From assembly GCA_031430855.1 (NCBI GenBank), contig JANPCG010000006.1:2531-66530 (forward strand): a DNA stretch of 64,000 nucleotides. The letters are read 5' to 3'. Of the stretch, positions 28,000-37,448 are shown piece by piece; within the stretch, counting starts at the first letter, position 1, and each line of letters opens with the position of its first letter. The notes beneath the pieces were generated by a model. It did not search any database and was not told where the DNA came from. It saw only the letters and a program-made list of their open reading frames with translations. Source of the stretch: Candidatus Kaiserbacteria bacterium (GTDB lineage: Bacteria > Patescibacteriota > Minisyncoccia > Phycocordibacterales > UBA918). The translations under genes and the position numbers were made by a program.

Positions 28000-28962
28000 A
28001 TGTTAGAAACAAATGTAACTCTACCGTCAAAGCCACGCGTTGTATCCGAAGCTGAATTCTCGGGGATTTATGAAATTGACGGACTCTACCCAGGCTACGG
28101 ACACACCCTCGGAAACTCTCTCCGTCGCATCATCCTTGCCTCACTACCAGGAGCTACGGTAACCCAAGTCAAAATCGAAGGTGTCCAACACGAGTTCTCT
28201 ACCATGGCTGGAATGAATGAGGATGTGATTACGCTTCTCTTGAACCTCAAGCGCGTTCGCTTCATGCTTCATGGCGACGAAGCGATGGTTGTCAAACTCA
28301 AGAAGAGTGGCCCAGGAATGGTAACCGCTTCAGACATTACCTGCCCAACCCAAGTTGAAGTCCTAAATCCAACCCAGCACATTGCTGAATTAACAGCGAA
28401 GGGTTCGGCCCTTGATATGGAAATCACTATTGAACGAGGTCTCGGCTACGTTCCGCGCGAAATCCACCAGCGAGACAAGGTAGAAATTGGAACCATTGCC
28501 CTCGATGCTGTCTTTACGCCTATCCGTCGCGCAAACTACGAAGTAGAGAACATGCGTGTTGGTGACCGAACTGACTATAACCGTCTTCGTATTTCAATTG
28601 AAACTGACGGAACGATTACTCCGCGCCAAGCGCTCGAGAAATCAATTGAAATAATGATTCACCAATTGAAGGCAATCATTGGTTTCCAAGACCAATCAGC
28701 TCAAAGTGCTGTTGTTGAGAACACACTTCCAGCTGCCCTAGAAGTGACTGCCGTAGATACAGAGATGCTTAAGACTCGAATCGAGACCCTTGAACTCTCA
28801 AGCCGAACACTCGCTGCACTCGAGACTGCTTCAATCCGAACGGTAGGGGGACTTGTGCGAAAGACAAAAGATGATATCCTAGCCCTCGATGGGATTGGAC
28901 CAAAAGGAGTTGAAGAGATTCTTAGTCTCCTCGAATCTATGGGTCTCTCACTCGGAGCATAA
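28000..28962 (+). CDS. rpoA: RNA polymerase subunit alpha
   Basis: GYGHTLGNSLRRIIL, VENMRVGDRTDY, alpha-CTD. Confidence 0.98.
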   Translation: MLETNVTLPSKPRVVSEAEFSGIYEIDGLYPGYGHTLGNSLRRIILASLPGATVTQVKIEGVQHEFSTMAGMNEDVITLLLNLKRVRFMLHGDEAMVVKLKKSGPGMVTASDITCPTQVEVLNPTQHIAELTAKGSALDMEITIERGLGYVPREIHQRDKVEIGTIALDAVFTPIRRANYEVENMRVGDRTDYNRLRISIETDGTITPRQALEKSIEIMIHQLKAIIGFQDQSAQSAVVENTLPAALEVTAVDTEMLKTRIETLELSSRTLAALETASIRTVGGLVRKTKDDILALDGIGPKGVEEILSLLESMGLSLGA

Positions 28963-28967
28963 ATTAT

Positions 28968-29324
28968 ATGATACACGGAAATAAAAACCGAACATTTGGA
29001 CGCAGCCGCTCTCAGCGGACTGCACTTGTTCGAGGTCTCGCAGTCTCACTCATTGAGAACGGGAAAATCAAAACCACTGAAGCAAAGGCTAAGGAACTTC
29101 GCCCATTCATTGAGCGTTTAGTTTCTCACGGCAAAAAGAATACCGTGGCTGCTCGCCGCATTGTGGCGAGTCGACTTGGTGAACCTGCAGCTGATATTAT
29201 TAAAAAAGTGTTCGAAGAAATTGCGCCTAAGTTTGCCACTCGCGCCGGTGGTTACACCCGTGTAATCAAAATGGGGCGAACGCCAGCTGGTCGTGATGAA
29301 GCAGTCATCGAATTTGTTGAATAA
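28968..29324 (+). CDS. rplQ: 50S ribosomal protein L17
   Basis: IKTTEAKAKELR, RAGGYTRVIK. Confidence 0.98.
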   Translation: MIHGNKNRTFGRSRSQRTALVRGLAVSLIENGKIKTTEAKAKELRPFIERLVSHGKKNTVAARRIVASRLGEPAADIIKKVFEEIAPKFATRAGGYTRVIKMGRTPAGRDEAVIEFVE

Positions 29325-29332
29325 ATTATTAT

Positions 29333-29695
29333 ATGGAAAAGAACAACCAAAACCGCGTTCACACGATTGACGCAGCCGGAAAGCGGCTCGGCATCGTTGC
29401 GACCGAAGCGGCTCACGTTCTCCTTGGTAAGGATCAGCCAGATTTTGTAAAGAATCTTGTTGCTCCAGTTACCGTAGAGATCACCAACGTGAGTAAGCTC
29501 GATATTCCCGAGAGTAAAAAGAAGGAAATTTATCAGTCGTACTCAGGATGGCCGGGAGGACGAAAGGAAGAGACGCTTGAGCACCTTGGAAAGCGTTTAG
29601 GATATGCCGAGGTCGTACACCGTACGATTGCTGGAATGCTCGCTAACACCAAGCTCAAGAAGCCAATGCTTAAGAACCTCGTAATTACTGAATAA
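29333..29695 (+). CDS. rplM: 50S ribosomal protein L13 (short)
   Basis: IDAAGKRLG..AT..A..L.GK, YSGWPGG, GML. Confidence 0.95.
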   Translation: MEKNNQNRVHTIDAAGKRLGIVATEAAHVLLGKDQPDFVKNLVAPVTVEITNVSKLDIPESKKKEIYQSYSGWPGGRKEETLEHLGKRLGYAEVVHRTIAGMLANTKLKKPMLKNLVITE

Positions 29696-29696
29696 T

Positions 29697-30107
29697 ATGG
29701 CAACAAAAACACCTGGACGCTATATTGAAGCAATTGGTCGCCGTAAAACAGCCACTGCACGAGTTCGTCTGACACCAGCCTCAGAAACGACTATCATGGT
29801 CAACGATAAGAAACTCGAAGAATACTTTCCACACCTCGCCCTTCATAAAGATGTACACTCAGTGCTTGATACGAAAGATGCCGGTATCGAAACCTACACC
29901 ATTACCGCCAAAGTTCTCGGTGGAGGACTCTCTTCCCAAGCCGAAGCAATCCGTCTCGGTATTGCCCGCGCACTCGTAAAGGAGAAAGAGGCTCGCCGCG
30001 TAACCCTAAAGAAAGCGGGGTTCCTCAAACGAGATCCACGCTCAGTAGAACGTAAGAAGTTTGGATTACTGAAAGCTCGCAAGCGACCTGCCTGGTCAAA
30101 GCGATAG
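29697..30107 (+). CDS. rpsI: 30S ribosomal protein S9
   Basis: GRRKTATARV, GGG.SSQAEAIRLGIARAL, ERKKFGL.KAR...WSKR. Confidence 0.98.
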   Translation: MATKTPGRYIEAIGRRKTATARVRLTPASETTIMVNDKKLEEYFPHLALHKDVHSVLDTKDAGIETYTITAKVLGGGLSSQAEAIRLGIARALVKEKEARRVTLKKAGFLKRDPRSVERKKFGLLKARKRPAWSKR

Positions 30108-30136
30108 TAGTTGGCGCATACCTTTGTCGCACTACG

Positions 30137-30179
30137 AAAAAGACTCTTCCTGGACATTTGTCCCGGTCGAGTCTTTTTT
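30137..30179 (+). terminator. Terminator after rpsI
   Basis: aaaagactc...gagtcttttt. Confidence 0.6.
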
Positions 30180-30550
30180 CTTGTTTCTTACAGAAACTGT
30201 CCACTCATTGGTTAGTTTATTTCGCTTCACTCATAAACTAACACAATGAGTCTTGCGAAGTGACATTAGGTCACTTCTCACTCCTTGCTCTGCATCTTAT
30301 TTGTAACGCTTTGAAACCGCAGCGATACGAATCGCCCCTTTCCTGGGGCGATGAGGCAGCGAGGTGGGCCCGCGAGTACTTACTAGAATAAGAGTGCAGC
30401 GAATTATTATAGTTAGTAACTCGTGGGGAAGCGATAAATTTTGCCTTACTCTCCATTCCATTTATATCACTTCCTACTTACGCGATAAAAAACTCCTTTA
30501 GGATTTTTTTGTAACATTTTGAATATAAAATTTTCTTTTCTCATTACAAG

Positions 30551-30580
30551 AAAAAGGCCCCTCCAATCATGGAGGGGCCT
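30551..30580 (-). terminator. Terminator after the aspartokinase gene
   Basis: On the minus strand: aggcccctcca-tgat-tggaggggcct followed by tttt. Confidence 0.8.
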
Positions 30581-30584
30581 ACTC

Positions 30585-31358
30585 TTATGTTCTCGTTGCT
30601 CCAATAAACGTACTTTGTGAATTGGGAGCAAAAGTGTTTCGGATCTGTACCCGGACACCAGCCTGGGACACAGGAGCTATGGCCTCAGGATGAAAGACTG
30701 TCGCTCCGGTCAGAGACAACATTTTTGCTTCACGATAGGTGAGATAGGGAAGATGTCTGGCTTCTCTAAATTTGCGCGGGTCTGCGGTATACACACCCGA
30801 AACATCAGTCCAGTTTTCGTAGAGATCTGCTCCTATCTGTGCTGCCACAAGTGCACCAGAGAGGTCAGAGCCACCTCGAGGAAATAATTCAATCCCACCT
30901 GCATAAGCAGCGCCATAGAATCCCGGAATCACCACCCGTTCATGAGGCTTCCATACGCAAGATACAGCCATTACTGCTCCATATTGATTGAGCGTAAAAA
31001 CCCGTCGTGCATCCACAAACTTCCAATCGAGAAACTTGGCGAGGATATACGCACTCATATACTCACCGAATGCAACACGCGACTTTACTGACGAGCGGGA
31101 AATCCATGAGAGCATACCTGATAACTCATTTGTAGAGACACCAAGATCAGCCATGATCTCCTCGAAGCGCTTACCTACTGCCTCAAGATCATTAATCAAA
31201 AGCAGGTCAGTAACTTTGATTGGATACCCTTCAGACACCCCAGGCGCTGAAACAACCGCCACTTTACGACGTGAGTCCTGCAGCAGAATATCTGCTACAA
31301 GCCTGATTGATTTGGCGTCAGCCATTGATGTTCCGCCAAATTTTGTCACAATCGTCAT
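30585..31358 (-). CDS. Aspartokinase, catalytic domain only (no ACT domains)
   Basis: KFGGTS, VVSAPG, KVTDLL, GEYMSA, VIPGFYG, RGGSD.SGA, ENWTDVSG..ADPR, HPEAI, NTF; 257 aa; AGGGAG SD. Confidence 0.9.
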   Translation of the reverse strand: MTIVTKFGGTSMADAKSIRLVADILLQDSRRKVAVVSAPGVSEGYPIKVTDLLLINDLEAVGKRFEEIMADLGVSTNELSGMLSWISRSSVKSRVAFGEYMSAYILAKFLDWKFVDARRVFTLNQYGAVMAVSCVWKPHERVVIPGFYGAAYAGGIELFPRGGSDLSGALVAAQIGADLYENWTDVSGVYTADPRKFREARHLPYLTYREAKMLSLTGATVFHPEAIAPVSQAGVRVQIRNTFAPNSQSTFIGATRT

Positions 31359-31371
31359 CTTCGTCTCCCTG

Positions 31372-31413
31372 AAAAAGAACAAACCACCAGCCTTCTTGGC
31401 TGGTGGTTTGTTC
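31372..31413 (-). terminator. Attenuator terminator (3:4) in the aspartokinase leader
   Basis: On the minus strand: gaacaaaccaccagcc-aagaa-ggctggtggtttgttc-ttttt, ending ~13 nt before the start codon. Confidence 0.9.
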
Positions 31414-31425
31414 TTTGTTTTGACA

Positions 31426-31500
31426 CTAGTATGACAACGAACCAAACACCAGACAAGAAAGCCCGGTTTGCTTGGTAGTAGTTGTCATTACAAAATACAT
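31426..31500 (-). CDS. Thr-rich leader peptide MYFVMTTTTKQTGLSCLVFGSLSY
   Basis: Manually translated. Four consecutive Thr codons plus a fifth, with Met and Lys; overlaps attenuator segments 1 and 2. Confidence 0.8.
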   Translation of the reverse strand: MYFVMTTTTKQTGLSCLVFGSLSY

Positions 31501-31506
31501 GAAATA

Positions 31507-31535
31507 TGTATAACAAACGAATTCGTAGTTGTAAA
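31507..31535 (-). promoter_or_regulatory. Putative promoter for leader plus aspartokinase
   Basis: TTTACA-17 nt-TATACA (extended TG), 6 nt upstream of the leader ATG. Confidence 0.5.
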
Positions 31536-31578
31536 GTATTTACACGAATAAGCACGACGAGCGGATTTAATCTGGATT

Positions 31579-31607
31579 TTGACACGACCTCCTTTTGCAG
31601 TTATAAT
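31579..31607 (+). promoter_or_regulatory. Consensus sigma70 promoter of grpE-dnaK
   Basis: TTGACA-17 nt-TATAAT; ATG 8 nt downstream. Confidence 0.85.
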
Positions 31608-31615
31608 GGTCTGGT

Positions 31616-32215
31616 ATGGTGAATATAAACAACGAAGACGAGACAAATGAAGATATTGAAACCATTGATGACGATACTGATACGACTGAAATGGAATTAG
31701 AAGACGCCGAAGAAATTACTGGTGATAAATTAAAATCCCTCCGCAGTAAACTTAAAGAAGCGGAAACAAAAGCCCGTGACCTCCACGAAGAATTGCAGCG
31801 GAACAAAGCGGACTTTTTAAACGCCCGCAAACGACTTGAGGAAGAGCGTCTCCGCGATCGAGAACGAGCAGCCGTTATGCACGTTGAAAAACTGCTACCA
31901 CTTTGTGATAGTTTCTTTCTCGCCATGCAGGATAAAAATGCTATCGATAGCAGTGATCCGAAGTGGCGACGAGGTATTGAAGGAACATACGCACAATTAC
32001 GGGGCATCATGGATTCGTATGGCATTACTGCCTTTGACCCCACTGGCGAGGAATTTGACCCAACACGACACGAAGCTCTTACGATGATACCAGTGAGCGA
32101 TGAGAGTAATCATAATCGGATTATATCGGTTATTCAGCAGGGCTATACACAGAAACGCGGTGACGTGATTGAACTAATCAGACCAGCTCGAGTGACCGTT
32201 GGAGAACTTGGATAA
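31616..32215 (+). CDS. grpE: Nucleotide exchange factor GrpE
   Basis: [24 protein letters not shown]...IRPARVTV. Confidence 0.96.
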   Translation: MVNINNEDETNEDIETIDDDTDTTEMELEDAEEITGDKLKSLRSKLKEAETKARDLHEELQRNKADFLNARKRLEEERLRDRERAAVMHVEKLLPLCDSFFLAMQDKNAIDSSDPKWRRGIEGTYAQLRGIMDSYGITAFDPTGEEFDPTRHEALTMIPVSDESNHNRIISVIQQGYTQKRGDVIELIRPARVTVGELG

Positions 32216-32240
32216 TATTACTGATAATAACGAGAACATT

Positions 32241-34133
32241 ATGGCAAAAATTTTAGGAATAGATCTTGGAACTACTAACTCAGCCATGGCTATTATTGAA
32301 GCCGGCGAGCCAGTAATTATTGAAAATATCGAAGGTGTCCGTACGACACCATCAATTGTAGCGATTTCAAAAACCGGCGAGAGACTCGTCGGTCAAATCG
32401 CAAAACGACAAGCAGTGACGAACCCTACCAATACCATCTACGGTATTAAGCGCTTTATGGGTCATGAGTATGACGAGGACGTCGTTCAAAAAGACAAAGC
32501 AATTGTACCGTACGAAATTAAAAAAGGTGCAGACGGTGGAGCGGTTGTTATCATGGGAGATAAAGAGTACCGTCCAGAAGAAGTATCAGCGATGATACTT
32601 TCTAAACTAAAGGCAGACGCTGAAGCCAAAACTGGCGAGAAAATTACCGAAGCAGTCATCACGGTACCGGCGTACTTTAATGACTCACAGCGTAAGGCGA
32701 CACAGGATGCTGGCAAAATTGCCGGACTCAATGTTCGCCGCATCATTAATGAACCAACTGCCGCAGCTCTTGCGTACGGATTTAATAAAAAGAAAGACGA
32801 GAAGATTGTGGTGTACGACTTCGGTGGAGGAACGTTTGACGTATCAGTGCTCGAAGTAGGGGATGATGTGATTGAAGTGCAATCAAGTGACGGAGACGCG
32901 CACATGGGCGGTCGTGATATCGACCAGGCGATTATCCGTCACCTCATTGCGGCCTTTAAAGCCTCAGACGCGATTGACCTCAGCAAAGACAAACTTGCGC
33001 TCCAGCGTCTTGACGAAGCGGCTGAAAAAGCAAAACTCGAACTCTCAACCACACCGGAAACAGAAATTAACATTCCGTTTATTTCTCAGGGCAGTGATGG
33101 ACCAGTACACATGGCAGTGAAACTCACCCGGGCAAAGCTCGAAGAGCTCGCGCATGAGTTTATCGACAAATCAATTGAGATCACCAAGCGCGCCATGGAA
33201 GCCTCAGGCCTCAAAATTGCGGATATCGATGAGATCATCATGGTTGGTGGCCAAACCCGTATGCCAGCCATTCAGGCAGCGGTAAAGGCATTGTTTAACA
33301 AAGAACCAAACCTCACCATTAACCCGGATGAGGTAGTGGCACTCGGTGCCGCGATTCAGGCCGGTATCTTCCAAGGTGACGTACAGGACATTACCTTGGT
33401 AGACGTGATTCCACTCTCTCTCAGTATCGAAACGATGGGTGGTGTCGCGACAAAACTCATCGAAAAGAATACCCACATTCCAACCAAAAAATCCCAGATA
33501 TTCTCAACCGCTGCTGACAACCAAACCTCAACCGAAATTCACATTGCCCAAGGAGAACGACCAATGGCGACTGATAACAAGTCCCTCGGTAAGTTTGTGC
33601 TTGACGGCATTCCACCAGCACCACGCGGAGTACCACAAGTAGAGGTAACCTTTGATGTTGATAGTAATGGTGTCCTTAAAGTAACCGCCAAAGATAAATC
33701 AACCGGAAAAGAACAATCGATCCGTATTGAAGCCTCTTCAGGCCTTACTGAAGCCGACATAGAGCGTATGCAAAAAGAAGCTGAGGAACACGCGGGCGAA
33801 GACGCCAAGAAGAAAGAATTGATTGAGGCCCGAAACCTCGCAGAACAAATGGTCTACACCGCCGAGAAGGCACTCAAAGATCACGCCGAAAAGGTACCGG
33901 CGGAAATTAAGACTGATGTTGAAGCAAAGATTACTGCCGTAAACGAAGTAAAAGGGAAAGACGATAAGGGAGCAATTGAAACAGCTGCCTCAGCTCTCTC
34001 TGACGCGATGCAAAAGATTGGTGAAGCGATGGCGAAAGAACAACCGGCAGACACTTCAACTCCAACCAGTGACGCCACACCGGAAGGAAATGTCCGAGAC
34101 GCTGACGTGACCGGAACTGACGAAACCAAGTAA
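32241..34133 (+). CDS. dnaK: Chaperone DnaK
   Basis: [40 protein letters not shown]. Confidence 0.99.
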   Translation: MAKILGIDLGTTNSAMAIIEAGEPVIIENIEGVRTTPSIVAISKTGERLVGQIAKRQAVTNPTNTIYGIKRFMGHEYDEDVVQKDKAIVPYEIKKGADGGAVVIMGDKEYRPEEVSAMILSKLKADAEAKTGEKITEAVITVPAYFNDSQRKATQDAGKIAGLNVRRIINEPTAAALAYGFNKKKDEKIVVYDFGGGTFDVSVLEVGDDVIEVQSSDGDAHMGGRDIDQAIIRHLIAAFKASDAIDLSKDKLALQRLDEAAEKAKLELSTTPETEINIPFISQGSDGPVHMAVKLTRAKLEELAHEFIDKSIEITKRAMEASGLKIADIDEIIMVGGQTRMPAIQAAVKALFNKEPNLTINPDEVVALGAAIQAGIFQGDVQDITLVDVIPLSLSIETMGGVATKLIEKNTHIPTKKSQIFSTAADNQTSTEIHIAQGERPMATDNKSLGKFVLDGIPPAPRGVPQVEVTFDVDSNGVLKVTAKDKSTGKEQSIRIEASSGLTEADIERMQKEAEEHAGEDAKKKELIEARNLAEQMVYTAEKALKDHAEKVPAEIKTDVEAKITAVNEVKGKDDKGAIETAASALSDAMQKIGEAMAKEQPADTSTPTSDATPEGNVRDADVTGTDETK

Positions 34134-34237
34134 CCTACGTGTAGTTGTCGCGGCTGCAAACTCGTTTTGCAGCCGACCCAACTCTGTGTAACACTACAAA
34201 AAAGAGTCATTATTGGTTGGTATAACAGAACAACGTT

Positions 34238-35299
34238 ATGAAAGACTATTACCAAATCTTAGGACTACAAAAAGGAGCGTCGCGTGACGAAGTAAAGAAG
34301 GCGTTCCGTAAACTCTCGGCCCAATTCCACCCTGATAAAAAAACGGGCGACGAAGCCAAATACAAAGAAATTACTGAAGCCTACGCTACGTTAGGTGACG
34401 AGAAGAAAAAGGCTGAGTACGATACGTATGGTCATTCATTTGCCGGTGGCCAGCCAGGTGGCGCTGGTGGATTTAACTGGGCTGATTTTGCGCAAGGTGG
34501 CGGTAACGGACAAGGGTTTGAATTTGATATTAGTGATATCTTTGAAAACTTTGGCTTTGGTGGTAATAAAAAATCATCACGTGGTCGCGACATCTCAATT
34601 GATATTAATCTCAACTTTGAGGAATCAGTCTTTGGTGTTACCCGCAAAGTTCTCCTTACCAAAAACAGTACCTGTGAGGCATGTACTGGTACTGGAGCAA
34701 AGAAGGGAACTGAAATGACCACCTGCACTACCTGCAATGGTGCAGGGAAGATTCACGAGACTCGTCAGAGCATCATGGGCAGTTTCTCAACCGTGCGTGA
34801 ATGTAGCACCTGTAACGGCTTAGGTAAAGTACCAAAGGAGCGATGCGGTGCATGTGCCGGCGCTGGAGTCACTCGACGTCAAGAAGAAATCGAGATTAAG
34901 GTCCCAGCCGGAATTCAAAACGGGGAAGTCATTCGCATGACTGGCCGCGGGGAGGCGATGCCACACGGACAGCCGGGTGACCTCTACATTAAAATCCACG
35001 CCGAAGGTCACAAAACCATCAAGCGTGATGGCAGCACTCTCTACAGTAAACTTCCAATTAAATTGACTGACGCCCTCTTGGGTGGTAGTTACCGCATCGA
35101 GACCCTCGATGGTCACGTCGACATTAATATCCCCGCTGGTATAACGCACGGCGAGCTGTTGCGTATCAAAAATAAAGGCGTCCCGGTCGACGGCAATCGT
35201 CGCGGTGACTTCATGGTCCAAATCTCCATTGAAATTCCAAAGTCTCTCTCCCGCAAAGCCAAAAAGATGATCGAAGACCTCCGCGCCGAAGGTATCTAA
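34238..35299 (+). CDS. dnaJ: Chaperone DnaJ
   Basis: J domain with HPD, G/F region, four CxxCxGxG repeats. Confidence 0.98.
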   Translation: MKDYYQILGLQKGASRDEVKKAFRKLSAQFHPDKKTGDEAKYKEITEAYATLGDEKKKAEYDTYGHSFAGGQPGGAGGFNWADFAQGGGNGQGFEFDISDIFENFGFGGNKKSSRGRDISIDINLNFEESVFGVTRKVLLTKNSTCEACTGTGAKKGTEMTTCTTCNGAGKIHETRQSIMGSFSTVRECSTCNGLGKVPKERCGACAGAGVTRRQEEIEIKVPAGIQNGEVIRMTGRGEAMPHGQPGDLYIKIHAEGHKTIKRDGSTLYSKLPIKLTDALLGGSYRIETLDGHVDINIPAGITHGELLRIKNKGVPVDGNRRGDFMVQISIEIPKSLSRKAKKMIEDLRAEGI

Positions 35300-35304
35300 A
35301 TAGC

Positions 35305-35820
35305 ATGAAGCTACTTACTGAGCTTAGCGAGAAGTCATTAGGAATAAATCCTGAACAAAAAATAGTTGGCGAAACCTTTAAGTTGCGTAAAAGTGCCCGA
35401 GCCATTGTTATCAATCACGATGGCTTAATGGCCGTTCAGCACATACAAAAATATAATTATCACAAGCTCCCAGGCGGAACCATGGAAGAGGGAGAAGTGA
35501 TCGAAGAAACACTCCGAAGAGAAATCAGAGAAGAAATAGGATGTGAAATTGATTCAATAAAACCAGTAGGGATGATTATCGAGTATCAAAACGAATTAAT
35601 TCAAATTTCATATTGTTTTAGTGCCAATATGGCTAGTGAAATTAGTGAACAGAATTTTGATGAAGCTGAGATTGAAAACGACCAACGGACGATCTGGCTT
35701 AATCCAACCGACTGCCTCGACACTTTCAAACATGATTTAACTACAAAGAGAGAGGGTGATTTTATTATAGCGAGAGAAATTGCCTTCTTGTCCGAATTTT
35801 TAAATTTACAAAACAGTTAA
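35305..35820 (+). CDS. NUDIX hydrolase
   Basis: PGGTMEEGEVIEETLRREIREEIG Nudix box. Confidence 0.92.
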   Translation: MKLLTELSEKSLGINPEQKIVGETFKLRKSARAIVINHDGLMAVQHIQKYNYHKLPGGTMEEGEVIEETLRREIREEIGCEIDSIKPVGMIIEYQNELIQISYCFSANMASEISEQNFDEAEIENDQRTIWLNPTDCLDTFKHDLTTKREGDFIIAREIAFLSEFLNLQNS

Positions 35821-35846
35821 CTTGTATTTCATCTAATAACCGAAAA

Positions 35847-35866
35847 GGGTGCTCTCACGAGCACCC
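35847..35866. terminator. Hairpin between convergent genes
   Basis: gggtgctc-tcac-gagcaccc with A-rich and T-rich flanks. Confidence 0.6.
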
Positions 35867-36025
35867 CCTGTTCTTTTCGAAAATTGCCAGCACCAAGATC
35901 ACGAGTGCCAGCAACACGTAGGGCAAGACTGGCCACCAAACACCGATCAGAGTTGCACGCACTGCACAGATGTACAGAAGCATGAGTGACAATAAGCCGT
36001 AGCAAATTCGCTGTACGTTCGTCAT
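35855..36025 (-). CDS. 56-aa two-TM membrane microprotein (absent from the ORF track)
   Basis: MTNVQRICYGLLSLMLLYICAVRATLIGVWWPVLPYVLLALVILVLAIFEKNRGCS; AAGGA SD; fills the intergenic gap. Confidence 0.6.
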   Translation of the reverse strand: MTNVQRICYGLLSLMLLYICAVRATLIGVWWPVLPYVLLALVILVLAIFEKNRGCS

Positions 36026-36083
36026 CTTCGGTCCTTTCGCTAAATCTGTTTAAACCCTATCAAATCTGAGCTACAATGCAACT

Positions 36084-36503
36084 ATGCCCCAACAAAACAC
36101 TCGTTTTGACTTTGGTAGCTCGAGGACTCCCTCTGAGCTGTTTACCCTCTATGAGTATATTATCGAGGACCGTGGGAGTAAATATTCCGTCAGCATGGGT
36201 CATGTCACCGGCCGTGACGATATCAAAACATTTCTAAAAACCTTGAAATCTAAAAAGCACTACCAGAAGGCTGACCATCACAGCTGGGCCGCGAGGCTAC
36301 GTCATGAGGGCTCAATTTTTGAAACGAAAAATGATGACGGCGAGACTGGAGCAGGAATGGTGATTCTTCGCTTGATGCAGGCTGCTGACGTCGCTGATTG
36401 TATCGTCGCGGTGACACGCTGGTTCGGCGGAGTAAAGTTAATGGGAGACAGATTTAAACACATCCAGGACAGTACAAAATATGCTTTGGATAAATTATTA
36501 TAG
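36084..36503 (+). CDS. YigZ/IMPACT family protein (N-terminal domain only)
   Basis: DRGSKY, KADHHSWA, DDGETGAG, VTRWFGGVKL.GDRFKHI. Confidence 0.9.
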   Translation: MPQQNTRFDFGSSRTPSELFTLYEYIIEDRGSKYSVSMGHVTGRDDIKTFLKTLKSKKHYQKADHHSWAARLRHEGSIFETKNDDGETGAGMVILRLMQAADVADCIVAVTRWFGGVKLMGDRFKHIQDSTKYALDKLL

Positions 36504-36630
36504 CCGAACCAGTGGAGCTGATGAGGGGTGAGAAGCGAAAACTTGGAGCTTCGCAAGAATAAATGGGAGACCGTTATAAACATATCCAAGATGCCACCCG
36601 CCACGCCCTCGAGCTCCGCACCTAATCTCC

Positions 36631-37348
36631 TAAACTTAGGGGTGTCACCCCTAAGTTTATTCAAAAAGGATTTTATCTTGTTTGATTGCTTTTCTCTTCT
36701 CATAAATACTTTTTGCCAAAATGACACTTTCATCAAAGTTATATTGTGTATCAAGCTGCATGTTTATTATTTTACTTTTGGCTAATCCTTGATAGTGGAG
36801 TGAACTTGAATGACAAATTTCACGCTCAGCTATAAGATTGTGTACAAATTGATTTTCATTTACATAGACGAATAAATATTGATATTGTTCCTGTCTCTCA
36901 ATATGAACTCTTTTAAATGATCCTTGAAAAAGTGCCCCCGAACGTTCATATTTTTGATTAAAATAATTTGCATACCCACCACCAACTCTGCGCATAAATT
37001 CACTGATACCTGATTCAGTTACGGATTTTATAATTAAATGAAAATGATTAGGAAGAAGTGCATATGCTTGAATATCTACTAATCGATTTCCCTGGAATGA
37101 ATCTGTTGAATTATTTACTTTAGTGCGTACAAAATCAAAATTTACTATAGCCTCTTCTGAATTAAATAAGTTAAGTGATTGGTAAAAACGTAAGTAATCA
37201 CTTTTATCAAGAAAAATATCCCGTTTATCGACTCCGCGGTTAAACACATGATATGTCTCGCCTTCAATAATTGGAACGATTTTTTGTGGCATATAATTTT
37301 TATTCTGTATTAATTATACAAAACTTAGGGGTGTCACCCCTAAGTTTT
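36631..37348 (-). mobile_element. RAYT/IS200-like HUH (Y1) transposase cassette bounded by near-identical palindromes
   Basis: aaacttaggggtg-t-cacccctaagttt at 36632..36658 and 37321..37347 flanks an AT-rich transposase gene. Confidence 0.8.
36657..37292 (-). CDS. REP-associated tyrosine transposase (Y1_Tnp)
   Basis: YHVFNRGVDKRDIF...DY.RF, AYALLPNHFHL (HUH), YFN.KY.RSG.LFQGSFK, YVNEN. Confidence 0.9.
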   Translation of the reverse strand: MPQKIVPIIEGETYHVFNRGVDKRDIFLDKSDYLRFYQSLNLFNSEEAIVNFDFVRTKVNNSTDSFQGNRLVDIQAYALLPNHFHLIIKSVTESGISEFMRRVGGGYANYFNQKYERSGALFQGSFKRVHIERQEQYQYLFVYVNENQFVHNLIAEREICHSSSLHYQGLAKSKIINMQLDTQYNFDESVILAKSIYEKRKAIKQDKILFE

Positions 37349-37448
37349 CAACTGTAATTCTGTAGCAAACACAGGTAGTGGGGGACAAGGTCATGTATGT
37401 AGACGTATAATAGAGCTACGACATTCGTCGGACACAGTACCCTCCGCT

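Noticed and set aside
31359-31445. N-terminal extension of the aspartokinase given in the ORF track
   Set aside because: It runs through the terminator; the SD and the KFGGTS position support ATG 31358.
31360-31540. Lysine riboswitch upstream of the aspartokinase
   Set aside because: The leader is too short and lacks L-box motifs; the leader-peptide model explains the pairings.
31540-31616. CIRCE operator for grpE-dnaK-dnaJ
   Set aside because: No TTAGCACTC-N9-GAGTGCTAA seen; no hrcA in the window.
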